DNA of 64,000 bases from Auanema rhodensis (lineage: Eukaryota > Animalia > Nematoda), in assembly GCA_964057225.1 (NCBI GenBank), contig OZ059899.1:18910001-18974000 (forward strand), given 5' to 3'. How positions within the stretch are numbered: position 1 is the stretch's first letter; every line of letters begins with the position of its first letter. The translations under genes and the position numbers were made by a program. Shown piece by piece: positions 10,401 through 25,500 of this stretch. The notes under the pieces were generated by a model, which worked only from the letters and a program-made list of their open reading frames with translations, did no database searches and was not told where the DNA came from.

Positions 10401-13400
10401 AAGATGCATTAGTGTATGTTGAGTTTCCATGTACACTCAACATTGCTTCCAAAAACATTTTGACAAAAATTTTTTTGAAAAATTTCAGAATATTTTAGCA
10501 AAAAATAGTTGTTTTTAGATTCCTTTTCTCAAGGCAAAGACGATGGACAATGTTATTCAACGAAAAAATTAATTCTGCAGGGTGAAAATCGAGGATATAA
10601 GTGTGAACTTATATCAGTTGATATCTCGGTGAATTTTTAAGCTAGCGCAAATCTGATAAAACAGATCGACGCAGCTTAAAAATCCGCATCGAATGCACTA
10701 TACTACATTGAGAAACGCTTAATACAAAAATTATTTATGATCGTTTGAAAAATGATGCATTAGTGTATGTTGAGTTTCCATGTACACTCAACATTGCTTC
10801 CAAAAACATTTTTACAAAAATTTTTCCGAAAAATTTCGAAATAATTTCGCAGAAAGTAGATGTTTTTAGATTCCTTTTTTCAAGGCAAAGACGATGGACA
10901 TTGTTATTCAACGAAAAAATTAATTCTGCAGGGTGAAAATCGAGGATATAAGTGTGAACTTATATCAGTTGATATCTCGGTGAATTTTTAAGCTAGCGCA
11001 AATCTGATAAAACAGATCAACGCAGCTTAAAAATCCGCATCGAATGCACTATACAACATTGAGAAACGCTTAATACAAAAATTAGTTATGATCGTTTGAA
11101 AAAAGATGCATTAGTGTATGTTGAGTTTCCATGTACACTCAACATTGCTTCCAAAAACATTTTGACAAAAATTTTTTCGAAAAATTTCAGAATATTTTAG
11201 CAAAAAATAGTTGTTTTTAGATTCCTTTTCTCAAGGCAAAGACGATGGACAATGTTATTCAACGAAAAAATTAATTCTGCAGGGTGAAAATCGAGGATAT
11301 AAGTGTGAACTTATATCAGTTGATATCTCTGTGAATTTTTAAGCTAGCGCAAATCTGATATAACAGATCGACGCAGCTTAAAAATCCGCATCGAATGCAC
11401 TATACAACATTGAGAAACGCTTAATACAAAAATTAGTTATGATCGTTTGAAAAAAGATGCATTAGTGTATGTTGAGTTTCCATGTACACTCAACATTGCT
11501 TCCAAAAACATTTTGACAAAAATTTTTTTGAAAAATTTCAGAATATTTTAGCAAAAAATAGTTGTTTTTAGATTCCTTTTCTCAAGGCAAAGACGATGGA
11601 CAATGTTATTCAACGAAAAAATTAATTCTGCAGGGTGAAAATCGAGGATATAAGTGTGAACTTATATCAGTTGATATCTCGGTGAATTTTTAAGCTAGCG
11701 CAAATCTGATAAAACAGATCGACGCAGCTTAAAAATCCGCATCGAATGCACTATACTACATTGAGAAACGCTTAATACAAAAATTAGTTATGATCGTTTG
11801 AAAAATGATGCATTAGTGTATGTTGAGTTTCCATGTACACTCAACATTGCTTCCAAAAACATTTTTACAAAAATTTTTCCGAAAAATTTCGAAATAATTT
11901 CGCAGAAAGTAGATGTTTTTAGATTCCTTTTTTCAAGGCAAAGACGATGGACATTGTTATTCAACGAAAAAATTAATTCTGCATGGTGAAAATCGAGGAT
12001 ATAAGTGTGAACTTATATCAGTTGATATCTCGGTGAATTTTTAAGCTAGCGCAAATCTGATAAAACAGATCAACGCAGCTTAAAAATCCGCATCGAATGC
12101 ACTATACAACATTGAGAAACGCTTAATACAAAAATTAGTTATGATCGTTTGAAAAAAGATGCATTAGTGTATGTTGAGTTTCCATGTACACTCAACATTG
12201 CTTCCAAAAACATTTTGACAAAAATTTTTTCGAAAAATTTCAGAATATTTTAGCAAAAAATAGTTGTTTTTAGATTCCTTTTCTCAAGGCAAAGACGATG
12301 GACAATGTTATTCAACGAAAAAATTAATTCTGCAGGGTGAAAATCGAGGATATAAGTGTGAACTTATATCAGTTGATATCTCGGTGAATTTTTAAGCTAG
12401 CGCAAATCTGATAAAACAGATCAACGCAGCTTAAAAATCCGCATCGAATGCACTATACAACATTGAGAAACGCTTAATACAAAAATTAGTTATGATCGTT
12501 TGAAAAAAGATGCATTAGTGTATGTTGAGTTTCCATGTACACTCAACATTGCTTCCAAAAACATTTTGACAAAAATTTTTCCGAAAAATTTCAAAATAAT
12601 TTTGCAAAAAGTAGATGTTTTTAGATTCCTTTTTTCAAGGCAAAGACGATGGACAATGTTATTCAACGAAAAAATTAATTCTGCAGAGTGAAAATCGAGG
12701 ATATAAGTGTGAACTTATATCAGTTGATATCTCTGTGAATTTTTAAGCTAGCGCAAATCTGATAAAACAGATCGACGCAGCTTAAAAATCCGCATCGAAT
12801 GCACTATACAACATTGAGAAACGCTTAATACAAAAATTAGTTATGATCGTTTGAAAAATGATGCATTAGTGTATGTTGAGTTTCCATGTACACTCAACAT
12901 TGCTTCCAAAAACATTTTTACAAAAATTTTTCCGAAAAATTTCGAAATAATTTCGCAGAAAGTAGATGTTTTTAGATTCCTTTTTTCAAGGCAAAGACGA
13001 TGGACATTGTTATTCAACGAAAAAATTAATTCTGCAGGGTGAAAATCGAGGATATAAGTGTGAACTTATATCAGTTGATATCTCGGTGAATTTTTAAGCT
13101 AGCGCAAATCTGATAAAACAGATCAACGCAGCTTAAAAATCCGCATCGAATGCACTATACAACATTGAGAAACGCTTAATACAAAAATTAGTTATGATCG
13201 TTTGAAAAAAGATGCATTAGTGTATGTTGAGTTTCCATGTACACTCAACATTGCTTCCAAAAACATTTTGACAAAAATTTTTTCGAAAAATTTCAGAATA
13301 TTTTAGCAAAAAATAGTTGTTTTTAGATTCCTTTTCTCAAGGCAAAGACGATGGACAATGTTATTCAACGAAAAAATTAATTCTGCAGGGTGAAAATCGA

Positions 13401-13550
13401 GGATATAAGTGTGAACTTATATCAGTTGATATCTCGGTGAATTTTTAAGCTAGCGCAAATCTGATAAAACAGATCAACGCAGCTTAAAAATCCGCATCGA
13501 ATGCACTATACTACATTGAGAAACGCTTAATACAAAAATTAGTTATGATC
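7500..13550 (+). repeat. Tandem duplication with 9-monomer (3159 bp) period
   Basis: Rare SNPs recur 3159 bp apart: GCATGG at 8825/11984 and ATTATTT at 7575/10734. Monomer type order also matches. Boundaries approximate. Confidence 0.85.
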
Positions 13551-16500
13551 GTTTGAAAAAAGATGCATTAGTGTATGTTGAGTTTCCATGTACACTCAAC
13601 ATTGCTTCCAAAAACATTTTGACAAAAATTTTTCCGAAAAATTTCAAAATAATTTTGCAAAAAGTAGATGTTTTTAGATTCCTTTTTTCAAGGCAAAGAC
13701 GATGGACAATGTTATTCAACGAAAAAATTAATTCTGCAGAGTGAAAATCGAGGATATAAGTGTGAACTTATATCAGTTGATATCTCTGTGAATTTTTAAG
13801 CTAGCGCAAATCTGATAAAACAGATCGACGCAGCTTAAAAATCCGCATCGAATGCACTATACAACATTGAGAAACGCTTAATACAAAAATTAGTTATGAT
13901 CGTTTGAAAAAAGATGCATTAGTGTATGTTGAGTTTCCATGTACACTCAACATTGCTTCCAAAAACATTTTGACAAAAATTTTTTCGAAAAATTTCAGAA
14001 TATTTTAGCAAAAAATAGTTGTTTTTAGATTCCTTTTCTCAAGGCAAAGACGATGGACAATGTTATTCAACGAAAAAATTAATTCTGCAGGGTGAAAATC
14101 GAGGATATAAGTGTGAACTTATATCAGTTGATATCTCGGTGAATTTTTAAGCTAGCGCAAATCTGATAAAACAGATCGACGCAGCTTAAAAATCCGCATC
14201 GAATGCACTATACAACATTGCGAAACGCTTAATACAAAAATTAGTTATGATCGTTTGAAAAAAGATGCATTAGTGTATGTTGAGTTTCCATGTACACTCA
14301 ACATTGCTTCCAAAAACATTTTAACAAAAATTTTTCCGAAAAATTTCAAAATAATTTTGCAAAAAGTAGATGTTTTTAGATTCCTTTTTTCAAGGCAAAG
14401 ACGATGGACAATGTTATTCAACGAAAAAATTAATTCTGCAGAGTGAAAATCGAGGATATAAGTGTGAACTTATATCAGTTGATATCTCGGTGAATTTTTA
14501 AGCTAGCGCAAATCTGATAACACAGATCGACGCAGCTTAAAAATCCGCATCGAATGCATTATACAACATTCAGAAACGCTTAATACAAAAATTAGTTATG
14601 ATCGTTTGAAAAATGATGCATTAGTGTATGTTGAGTTTCCATGTACACTCAACATTGCTTCCAAAAACATTTTGACAAAAATTTTTCCGAAAAATTTCAG
14701 AATAATTTTGCAAAAAGTAGATGTTTTTAGATTCCTTTTTCCAAGGCAAAGACGATGGACAATGTTATTCAACGAAAAAATTAATTCTCCAGGGTGAAAA
14801 TCGAGGATGTAAGTGTGAACTTATATCAGTTGATATCTCGGTGCATTTTTAAGCTAGCGCAAATCTGATAACACAGATCGACGCAGCTTAAAAATCCGCA
14901 TCGAATGCACTATACAACATTGAGAAACGCTTAATACAAAAATTAGTTATGATCGTTTGAAAAAAGATGCATTAGTGTATGTTGAGTTTCCATGTACACT
15001 CAACATTGCTTCCAAAAACATTTTGACAAAAATTTTTCCGAAAAATTTCAAAATAATTTTGCAAAAAGTAGATGTTTTTAGATTCCTTTTTTCAAGGCAA
15101 AGACGATGGACAATGTTATTCAACAAAAAAATTAATTCTGCAGAGTGAAAATCGAGGATATAAGTGTGAACTTATATCAGTTGATATCTCTGTGAATTTT
15201 TAAGCTAGCGCAAATCTGATAAAACAGATCGACGCAGCTTAAAAATCCGCATCGAATGCACTATACAACATTGAGAAACGCTTAATACAAAAATTAGTTA
15301 TGATCGTTTGAAAAAAGATGCATTAGTGTATGTTGAGTTTCCATGTACACTCAACATTGCTTCCAAAAACATTTTGACAAAAATTTTTCCGAAAAATTTC
15401 AAAATAATTTTGCAAAAAGTAGATGTTTTTAGATTCCTTTTTTCAAGGCAAAGACGATGGACAATGTTATTCAACGAAAAAATTAATTCTGCAGAGTGAA
15501 AATCGAGGATATAAGTGTGAACTTATATCAGTTGATATCTCGGTGAATTTTTAAGCTAGCGCAAATCTGATAACACAGATCGACGCAGCTTAAAAATCCG
15601 CATCGAATGCATTATACAACATTCAGAAACGCTTAATACAAAAATTAGTTATGATCGTTTGAAAAAAGATGCATTAGTGTATGTTGAGTTTCCATGTACA
15701 CTCAACATTGCTTCCAAAAACATTTTGACAAAAATTTTTCCGAAAAATTTCAAAATAATTTTGCAAAAAGTAGATGTTTTTAGATTCCTTTTTTCAAGGC
15801 AAAGACGATGGACAATGTTATTCAACGAAAAAATTAATTCTGCAGAGTGAAAATCGAGGATATAAGTGTGAACTTATATCAGTTGATATCTCTGTGAATT
15901 TTTAAGCTAGCGCAAATCTGATAAAACAGATCGACGCAGCTTAAAAATCCGCATCGAATGCACTATACAACATTGAGAAACGCTTAATACAAAAATTAGT
16001 TATGATCGTTTGAAAAAAGATGCATTAGTGTATGTTGAGTTTCCATGTACACTCAACATTGCTTCCAAAAACATTTTGACAAAAATTTTTTCGAAAAATT
16101 TCAGAATATTTTAGCAAAAAATAGTTGTTTTTAGATTCCTTTTCTCAAGGCAAAGACGATGGACAATGTTATTCAATGAAAAAATTAATTCTGCAGGGTG
16201 AAAATCGAGGATATAAGTGTGAACTTATATCAGTTGATATCTCGGTGAATTTTTAAGCTAGCGCAAATCTGATAAAACAGATCGACGCAGCTTAAAAATC
16301 CGCATCGAATGCACTATACAACATTGAGAAACGCTTAATACAAAAATTAGTTATGATCGTTTGAAAAAAGATGCATTAGTGTATGTTGAGTTTCCATGTA
16401 CACTCAACATTGCTTCCAAAAACATTTTGACAAAAATTTTTCCGAAAAATTTCAAAATAATTTTGCAAAAAGTAGATGTTTTTAGATTCCTTTTTTCAAG

Positions 16501-19500
16501 GCAAAGACGATGGACAATGTTATTCAACGAAAAAATTAATTCTGCAGAGTGAAAATCGAGGATATAAGTGTGAACTTATATCAGTTGATATCTCGGTGAA
16601 TTTTTAAGCTAGCGCAAATCTGATAAAACAGATCGACGCAGCTTAAAAATCCGCATCGAATGCACTATACAACATTGAGAAACGCTTAATACAAAAATTA
16701 GTTATGATCGTTTGAAAAAAGATGCATTAGTGTATGTTGAGTTTCCATGTACACTCAACATTGCTTCCAAAAACATTTTGACAAAAATTTTTCCGAAAAA
16801 TTTCAAAATAATTTTGCAAAAAGTAGATGTTTTTAGATTCCTTTTTTCAAGGCAAAGACGATGGACAATGTTATTCAACGAAAAAATTAATTCTGCAGGG
16901 TGAAAATCGAGGATATAAGTGTGAACTTATATCAGTTGATATCTCGGTGAATTTTTAAGCTAGCGCAAATCTGATAAAACAGATCAACGCAGCTTAAAAA
17001 TCCGCATCGAATGCACTATACAACATTGAGAAACGCTTAATACAAAAATTAGTTATGATCGTTTGAAAAAAGATGCATTAGTGTATGTTGAGTTTCCATG
17101 TACACTCAACATTGCTTCCAAAAACATTTTGACAAAAATTTTTCCGAAAAATTTCAAAATAATTTTGCAAAAAGTAGATGTTTTTAGATTCCTTTTTTCA
17201 AGGCAAAGACGATGGACAATGTTATTCAACGAAAAAATTAATTCTGCAGAGTGAAAATCGAGGATATAAGTGTGAACTTATATCAGTTGATATCTCGGTG
17301 AATTTTTAAGCTAGCGCAAATCTGATAAAACAGATCGACGCAGCTTAAAAATCCGCATCGAATGCACTATACAACATTGAGAAACGCTTAATACAAAAAT
17401 TAGTTATGATCGTTTGAAAAAAGATGCATTAGTGTATGTTGAGTTTCCATGTACACTCAACATTGCTTCCAAAAACATTTTTACAAAAATTTTTCCGAAA
17501 AATTTCGAAATAATTTCGCAGAAAGTAGATGTTTTTAGATTCCTTTTTTCAAGGCAAAGACGATGGACATTGTTATTCAACGAAAAAATTAATTCTGCAG
17601 GGTGAAAATCGAGGATATAAGTGTGAACTTATATCAGTTGATATCTCGGTGAATTTTTAAGCTAGCGCAAATCTGATAAAACAGATCAACGCAGCTTAAA
17701 AATCCGCATCGAATGCACTATACAACATTGAGAAACGCTTAATACAAAAATTAGTTATGATCGTTTGAAAAAAGATGCATTAGTGTATGTTGAGTTTCCA
17801 TGTACACTCAACATTGCTTCCAAAAACATTTTGACAAAAATTTTTTCGAAAAATTTCAGAATATTTTAGCAAAAAATAGTTGTTTTTAGATTCCTTTTCT
17901 CAAGGCAAAGACGATGGACAATGTTATTCAACGAAAAAATTAATTCTGCAGGGTGAAAATCGAGGATATAAGTGTGAACTTATATCAGTTGATATCTCTG
18001 TGAATTTTAAGCTAGCGCAAATCTGATAAAACAGATCGACGAAGCTTAAAAATCCGCATCGAATGCACTATACAACATTGAGAAACGCTTAATACAAAAA
18101 TTAGTTATGATCGTTTGAAAAAAGATGCATTAGTGCATGTTGAGTTTCCATGTACACTCAACATTGCTTCCAAAAACATTTTGACAAAAATTTTTTCGAA
18201 AAATTTCAGAATATTTTAGCAAAAAATAGTTGTTTTTAGATTCCTTTTCTCAAGGCAAAGACGATGGACAATGTTATTCAACGAAAAAATTAATTCTGCA
18301 GGGTGAAAATCGAGGATATAAGTGTGAACTTATATCAGTTGATATCTCGGTGAATTTTTAAGCTAGCGCAAATCTGATAAAACAGATCGACGCAGCTTAA
18401 AAATCCGCATCGAATGCACTATACTACATTGAGAAACGCTTAATACAAAAATTAGTTATGATCGTTTGAAAAATGATGCATTAGTGTATGTTGAGTTTCC
18501 ATGTACACTCAACATTGCTTCCAAACACATTTTTACAAAAATTTTTCCGAAAAATTTCGAAATAATTTCGCAGAAAGTAGATGTTTTTAGATTCCTTTTT
18601 TCAAGGCAAAGACGATGGACATTGTTATTCAACGAAAAAATTAATTCTGCAGGGTGAAAATCGAGGATATAAGTGTGAACTTATATCAGTTGATATCTCG
18701 GTGAATTTTTAAGCTAGCGCAAATCTGATAAAACAGATCAACGCAGCTTAAAAATCCGCATCGAATGCACTATACAACATTGAGAAACGCTTAATACAAA
18801 AATTAGTTATGATCGTTTGAAAAAAGATGCATTAGTGTATGTTGAGTTTCCATGTACACTCAACATTGCTTCCAAAAACATTTTGACAAAAATTTTTTCG
18901 AAAAATTTCAGAATATTTTAGCAAAAAATAGTTGTTTTTAGATTCCTTTTCTCAAGGCAAAGACGATGGACAATGTTATTCAACGAAAAAATTAATTCTG
19001 CAGGGTGAAAATCGAGGATATAAGTGTGAACTTATATCAGTTGATATCTCGGTGAATTTTTAAGCTAGCGCAAATCTGATAAAACAGATCAACGCAGCTT
19101 AAAAATCCGCATCGAATGCACTATACAACATTGAGAAACGCTTAATACAAAAATTAGTTATGATCGTTTGAAAAAAGATGCATTAGTGTATGTTGAGTTT
19201 CCATGTACACTCAACATTGCTTCCAAAAACATTTTGACAAAAATTTTTCCGAAAAATTTCAAAATAATTTTGCAAAAAGTAGATGTTTTTAGATTCCTTT
19301 TTTCAAGGCAAAGACGATGGACAATGTTATTCAACGAAAAAATTAATTCTGCAGAGTGAAAATCGAGGATATAAGTGTGAACTTATATCAGTTGATATCT
19401 CTGTGAATTTTTAAGCTAGCGCAAATCTGATAAAACAGATCGACGCAGCTTAAAAATCCGCATCGAATGCACTATACAACATTGAGAAACGCTTAATACA

Positions 19501-22500
19501 AAAATTAGTTATGATCGTTTGAAAAAAGATGCATTAGTGTATGTTGAGTTTCCATGTACACTCAACATTGCTTCCAAAAACATTTTGACAAAAATTTTTT
19601 CGAAAAATTTCAGAATATTTTAGCAAAAAATAGTTGTTTTTAGATTCCTTTTCTCAAGGCAAAGACGATGGACAATGTTATTCAACGAAAAAATTAATTC
19701 TGCAGGGTGAAAATCGAGGATATAAGTGTGAACTTATATCAGTTGATATCTCGGTGAATTTTTAAGCTAGCGCAAATCTGATAAAACAGATCGACGCAGC
19801 TTAAAAATCCGCATCGAATGCACTATACAACATTGAGAAACGCTTAATACAAAAATTAGTTATGATCGTTTGAAAAAAGATGCATTAGTGTATGTTGAGT
19901 TTCCATGTACACTCAACATTGCTTCCAAAAACATTTTGACAAAAATTTTTCCGAAAAATTTCAAAATAATTTTGCAAAAAGTAGATGTTTTTAGATTCCT
20001 TTTTTCAAGGCAAAGACGATGGACAATGTTATTCAACGAAAAAATTAATTCTGCAGAGTGAAAATCGAGGATATAAGTGTGAACTTATATCAGTTGATAT
20101 CTCGGTGAATTTTTAAGCTAGCGCAAATCTGATAACACAGATCGACGCAGCTTAAAAATCCGCATCGAATGCATTATACAACATTCAGAAACGCTTAATA
20201 CAAAAATTAGTTATGATCGTTTGAAAAATGATGCATTAGTGTATGTTGAGTTTCCATGTAAACTCAACATTGCTTCCAAAAACATTTTGACAAAAATTTT
20301 TCCGAAAAATTTCAGAATAATTTTGCTAAAAGTAGATGTTTTTAGATTCCTTTTTTCAAGGCAAAGACGATGGACAATGTTATTCAACGAAAAAATTAAT
20401 TCTCCAGGGTGAAAATCGAGGATGTAAGTGTGAACTTATATCAGTTGATATCTCGGTGCATTTTTAAGCTAGCGCAAATCTGATAACACAGATCGACGCA
20501 GCTTAAACATCCGCATCGAATGCACTATACAACATTGAGAAACGCTTAATACAAAAGAAAGTTATGATCGTTTGAAAAAAGATGCATTAGTGTATGTTGA
20601 GTTTCCATGTACACTCAACATTGCTTCCAAAAACATTTTTACAAAAATTTTTCCGAAAATTTTCGAAACAATTTCGCAAAAAGTAGATGTTTTTAGATTC
20701 CTTTTTTCAAGGCAAAGACGATGGACTATGTTATTCAACGAAAAAATTAATTCTGCAGAGTGAAAATCGAGGATATAAGTGTGAACTTATATCAGTTGAT
20801 ATCTCGGTGAATTTTTAAGCTAGCGAAAATCTGATAAAACAGATCGACGCAGCTTAAAAATCCGCATCGAATGCACTATACAACATTGAGAAACGCTTAA
20901 TACAAAAATTAGTTATGATCGTTTGAAAAAAGATGCATTAGTGTATGTTGAGTTTCCATGTACACTCAACATTGCTTCCAAAAACATTTTGACAAAAATT
21001 TTTCCGAAAAATTTCAAAATAATTTTGCAAAAAGTAGATGTTTTTAGATTCCTTTTTTCAAGGCAAAGACGATGGACAATGTTATTCAACGAAAAAATTA
21101 ATTCTGCAGAGTGAAAATCGAGGATATAAGTGTGAACTTATATCAGTTGATATCTCTGTGAATTTTTAAGCTAGCGCAAATCTGATAAAACAGATCGACG
21201 CAGCTTAAAAATCCGCATCGAATGCACTATACAACATTGAGAAACGCTTAATACAAAAATTAGTTATGATCGTTTGAAAAAAGATGCATTAGTGTATGTT
21301 GAGTTTCCATGTACACTCAACATTGCTTCCAAAAACATTTTGACAAAAATTTTTTCGAAAAATTTCAGAATATTTTAGCAAAAAATAGTTGTTTTTAGAT
21401 TCCTTTTCTCAAGGCAAAGACGATGGACAATGTTATTCAACGAAAAAATTAATTCTGCAGGGTGAAAATCGAGGATATAAGTGTGAACTTATATCAGTTG
21501 ATATCTCGGTGAATTTTTAAGCTAGCGCAAATCTGATAAAACAGATCGACGCAGCTTAAAAATCCGCATCGAATGCACTATACAACATTGAGAAACGCTT
21601 AATACAAAAATTAGTTATGATCGTTTGAAAAAAGATGCATTAGTGTATGTTGAGTTTCCATGTACACTCAACATTGCTTCCAAAAACATTTTGACAAAAA
21701 TTTTTCCGAAAAATTTCAAAATAATTTTGCAAAAAGTAGATGTTTTTAGATTCCTTTTTTCAAGGCAAAGACGATGGACAATGTTATTCAACGAAAAAAC
21801 TAATTCTGCAGAGTGAAAATCGAGGATATAAGTGTGAACTTATATCAGTTGATATCTCGGTGAATTTTTAAGCTAGCGCAAATCTGATAACACAGATCGA
21901 CGCAGCTTAAAAATCCGCATCGAATGCATTATACAACATTCAGAAACGCTTAATACAAAAATTAGTTATGATCGTTTGAAAAATGATGCATTAGTGTATG
22001 TTGAGTTTCCATGTACACTCAACATTGCTTCCAAAAACATTTTGACAAAAACTTTTCCGAAAAATTTCAGAATAATTTTGCAAAAAGTAGATGTTTTTAG
22101 ATTCCTTTTTTCAAGGCAAAGACGATGGACTATGTTATTCAACGAAAAAATTAATTCTGCAGGGTGAAAATCGAGGATATAAGTGTGAACTTATATCAGT
22201 TGATATCTCGGTGCATTTTTAAGCTAGCGCAAATCTGATAACACAGATCGACGCAGCTTAAAAAGCCGCATCGAATGCACTATACTACATTGAGAAACGC
22301 TTAATACAAAAATTAGTTATGATCGTTTGAAAAAAGATGCATTAGTGTATGTTGAGTTTCCATGTACACTCAACATTGCTTCCAAAAACATTTTGACAAA
22401 AATTTTTTCGAACAATTTCAGAATATTTTAGCAAAAAATAGTTGTTTTTAGATTCCTTTTCTCAAGGCAAAGACGATGGACATTGTTATTCAACGAAAAA

Positions 22501-25500
22501 ATTAATTCTGCAGGGTGAAAATCGAGGATATAAGTGTGAACTTATATCAGTTGATATCTCGGTGAATTTTTAAACTAGCGCAAATCTGATAAAACAGATC
22601 AACGCAGCTTAAAAATCCGCATCGAATGCACTATACAACATTGAGAAACGCTTAATACAAAAATTAGTTATGATCGTTTGAAAAAAGATGCATTAGTGTA
22701 TGTTGAGTTTCCATGTACACTCAACATTGCTTCCAAAAACATTTTGACAAAAATTTTTTCGAAAAATTTCAGAATATTTTAGCAAAAAATAGTTGTTTTT
22801 AGATTCCTTTTCTCAAGGCAAAGACGATGGACAATGTTATTCAACGAAAAAATTAATTCTGCAGGGTGAAAATCGAGGATATAAGTGTGAACTTATATCA
22901 GTTGATATCTCGGTGAATTTTTAAGCTAGCGCAAATCTGATAAAACAGATCGACGCAGCTTAAACATCCGCATCGAATGCACTATACAACATTGAGAAAC
23001 GCTTAATACAAAAATTAGTTATGATCGTTTGAAAAAAGATGCATTAGTGTATGTTGAGTTTCCATGTACACTCAACATTGCTTCCAAAAACATTTTTACA
23101 AAAATTTTTCCGAAAATTTTCGAAACAATTTCGCAAAAAGTAGATGTTTTTAGATTCCTTTTTTCAAGGCAAAGACGATGGACTATGTTATTCAACGAAA
23201 AAATTAATTCTGCAGAGTGAAAATCGAGGATATAAGTGTGAACTTATATCAGTTGATATCTCGGTGAATTTTTAAGCTAGCGCAAATCTGATAACACAGA
23301 TCGACGCAGCTTAAAAATCCGCATCGAATGCACTATACAACATTGAGAAACGCTTAATACAAAAATTAGTTATGATCGTTTGAAAAATGATGTATTAGTG
23401 TATGTTGAGTTTCCATGTACACTCAACATTGCTTCCAAAAACATATTGACAAAAATTTTTCCGAAAAATTTCAAAATAATTTTGCAAAAAGTAGATGTTT
23501 TTAGATTCCTTTTTTCAAGGCGAAGACGATGGACAATGTTATTCAACGAAAAAATTAATTCTGCAGGGTGAAAATCGAGAATATAAGTGTGAACTTATAT
23601 CAGTTGATATCTCGGTGCATTTTTAAGCTAGCGCAAATCTGATAACACAGATCGACGCAGCTTAAAAAGCCGCATCGAATGCACTATACAACATTGAGAA
23701 ACGCTTAATACAAAAATTAGTTATGATCGTTTGAAAAAAGATGCATTAGTGTATGTTGAGTTTCCATGTACACTCAACATTGCTTCCAAAAACATTTTTA
23801 CAAAAATTTTTCCGAAACATTTCGAAACAATTTCGCAAAAAATAGATGTTTTTAGATTCCTTTTTTCAAGGCAAAGACGATGGACATTGTTATTCAACGA
23901 AAAAATTAATTCTGCAGGGTGAAAATCGAGGATATAAGTGTGAACTTATATCAGTTGATATCTCGGTGAATTTTTAAGCTAGCGCAAATCTGATAAAACA
24001 GATCGACGCAGCTTAAAAATCCGCATCGAATGCACTATACAACATTGAGAAACGCTTAATACAAAAATTAGTTATGATCGTTTGAAAAAAGATGCATTAG
24101 TGTATGTTGAGTTTCCATGTACACTCAACATTGCTTCCAAAAACATTTTGACAAAAATTTTTCCGAAAAATTTCAAAATAATTTCGCAAAAAATAGAAGT
24201 TTTTAGATTCCTTTTTTCAAGGCAAAGACGATGGACAATGTTATTCAACGAAAAAATTAATTCTGCAGGGTGAAAATCGAGGATATAAGTGTGAACTTAT
24301 ATCAGTTGATATCTCGGTGAATTTTTAAGCTAGCGCAAATCTGATAAAACAGATCGACGCAGCTTAAAAATCCGCATCGAATGCACTATACAACATTGAG
24401 AAACGCTTAATACAAAAATTAGTTATGATCGTTTGAAAAAAGATGCATTAGTGTATGTTGAGTTTCCATGTACACTCAACATTGCTTCCAAAAACATTTT
24501 GACAAAAATTTTTCCGAAAAATTTCAAAATAATTTCGCAAAAAATAGAAGTTTTTAGATTCCTTTTTTCAAGGCAAAGACGATGGACAATGTTATTCAAC
24601 GAAAAAATTAATTCTGCAGGGTGAAAATCGAGGATATAAGTGTGAACTTATATCAGTTGATATCTCGGTGAATTTTTAAGCTAGCGCAAATCTGATAAAA
24701 CAGATCGACGCAGCTTAAAAATCCGCATCGAATGCACTATACAACATTGAGAAACGCTTAATACAAAAATTAGTTATGATCGTTTGAAAAAAGATGCATT
24801 AGTGTATGTTGAGTTTCCATGTACACTCAACATTGCTTCCAAAAACATTTTGACAAAAATTTTTCCGAAAAATTTCAAAATAATTTCGCAAAAAATAGAA
24901 GTTTTTAGATTCCTTTTTTCAAGGCAAAGACGATGGACAATGTTATTCAACGAAAAAATTAATTCTGCAGAGTGAAAATCGAGGATATAAGTGTGAACTT
25001 ATATCAGTTGATATCTCGGTGAATTTTTAAGCTAGCGCAAATCTGATAACACAGATCGACGCAGCTTAAAAATCCGCATCGAATGCATTATACAACATTC
25101 AGAAACGCTTAATACAAAAATTAGTTATGATCGTTTGAAAAATGATGCATTAGTGTATGTTGAGTTTCCATGTACACTCAACATTGCTTCCAAAAACATT
25201 TTGACAAAAATTTTTCCGAAAAATTTCAGAATAATTTTGCAAAAAGTAGATGTTTTTAGATTCCTTTTTTCAAGGCAAAGACGATGGACAATGTTATTCA
25301 ACGAAAAAATTAATTCTCCAGGGTGAAAATCGAGGATGTAAGTGTGAACTTATATCAGTTGATATCTCGGTGCATTTTTAAGCTAGCGCAAATCTGATAA
25401 CACAGATCGACGCAGCTTAAAAAGCCGCATCGAATGCACTATACAACATTGAGAAACGCTTAATACAAAAATTAGTTATGATCGTTTGAAAAATGATGCA

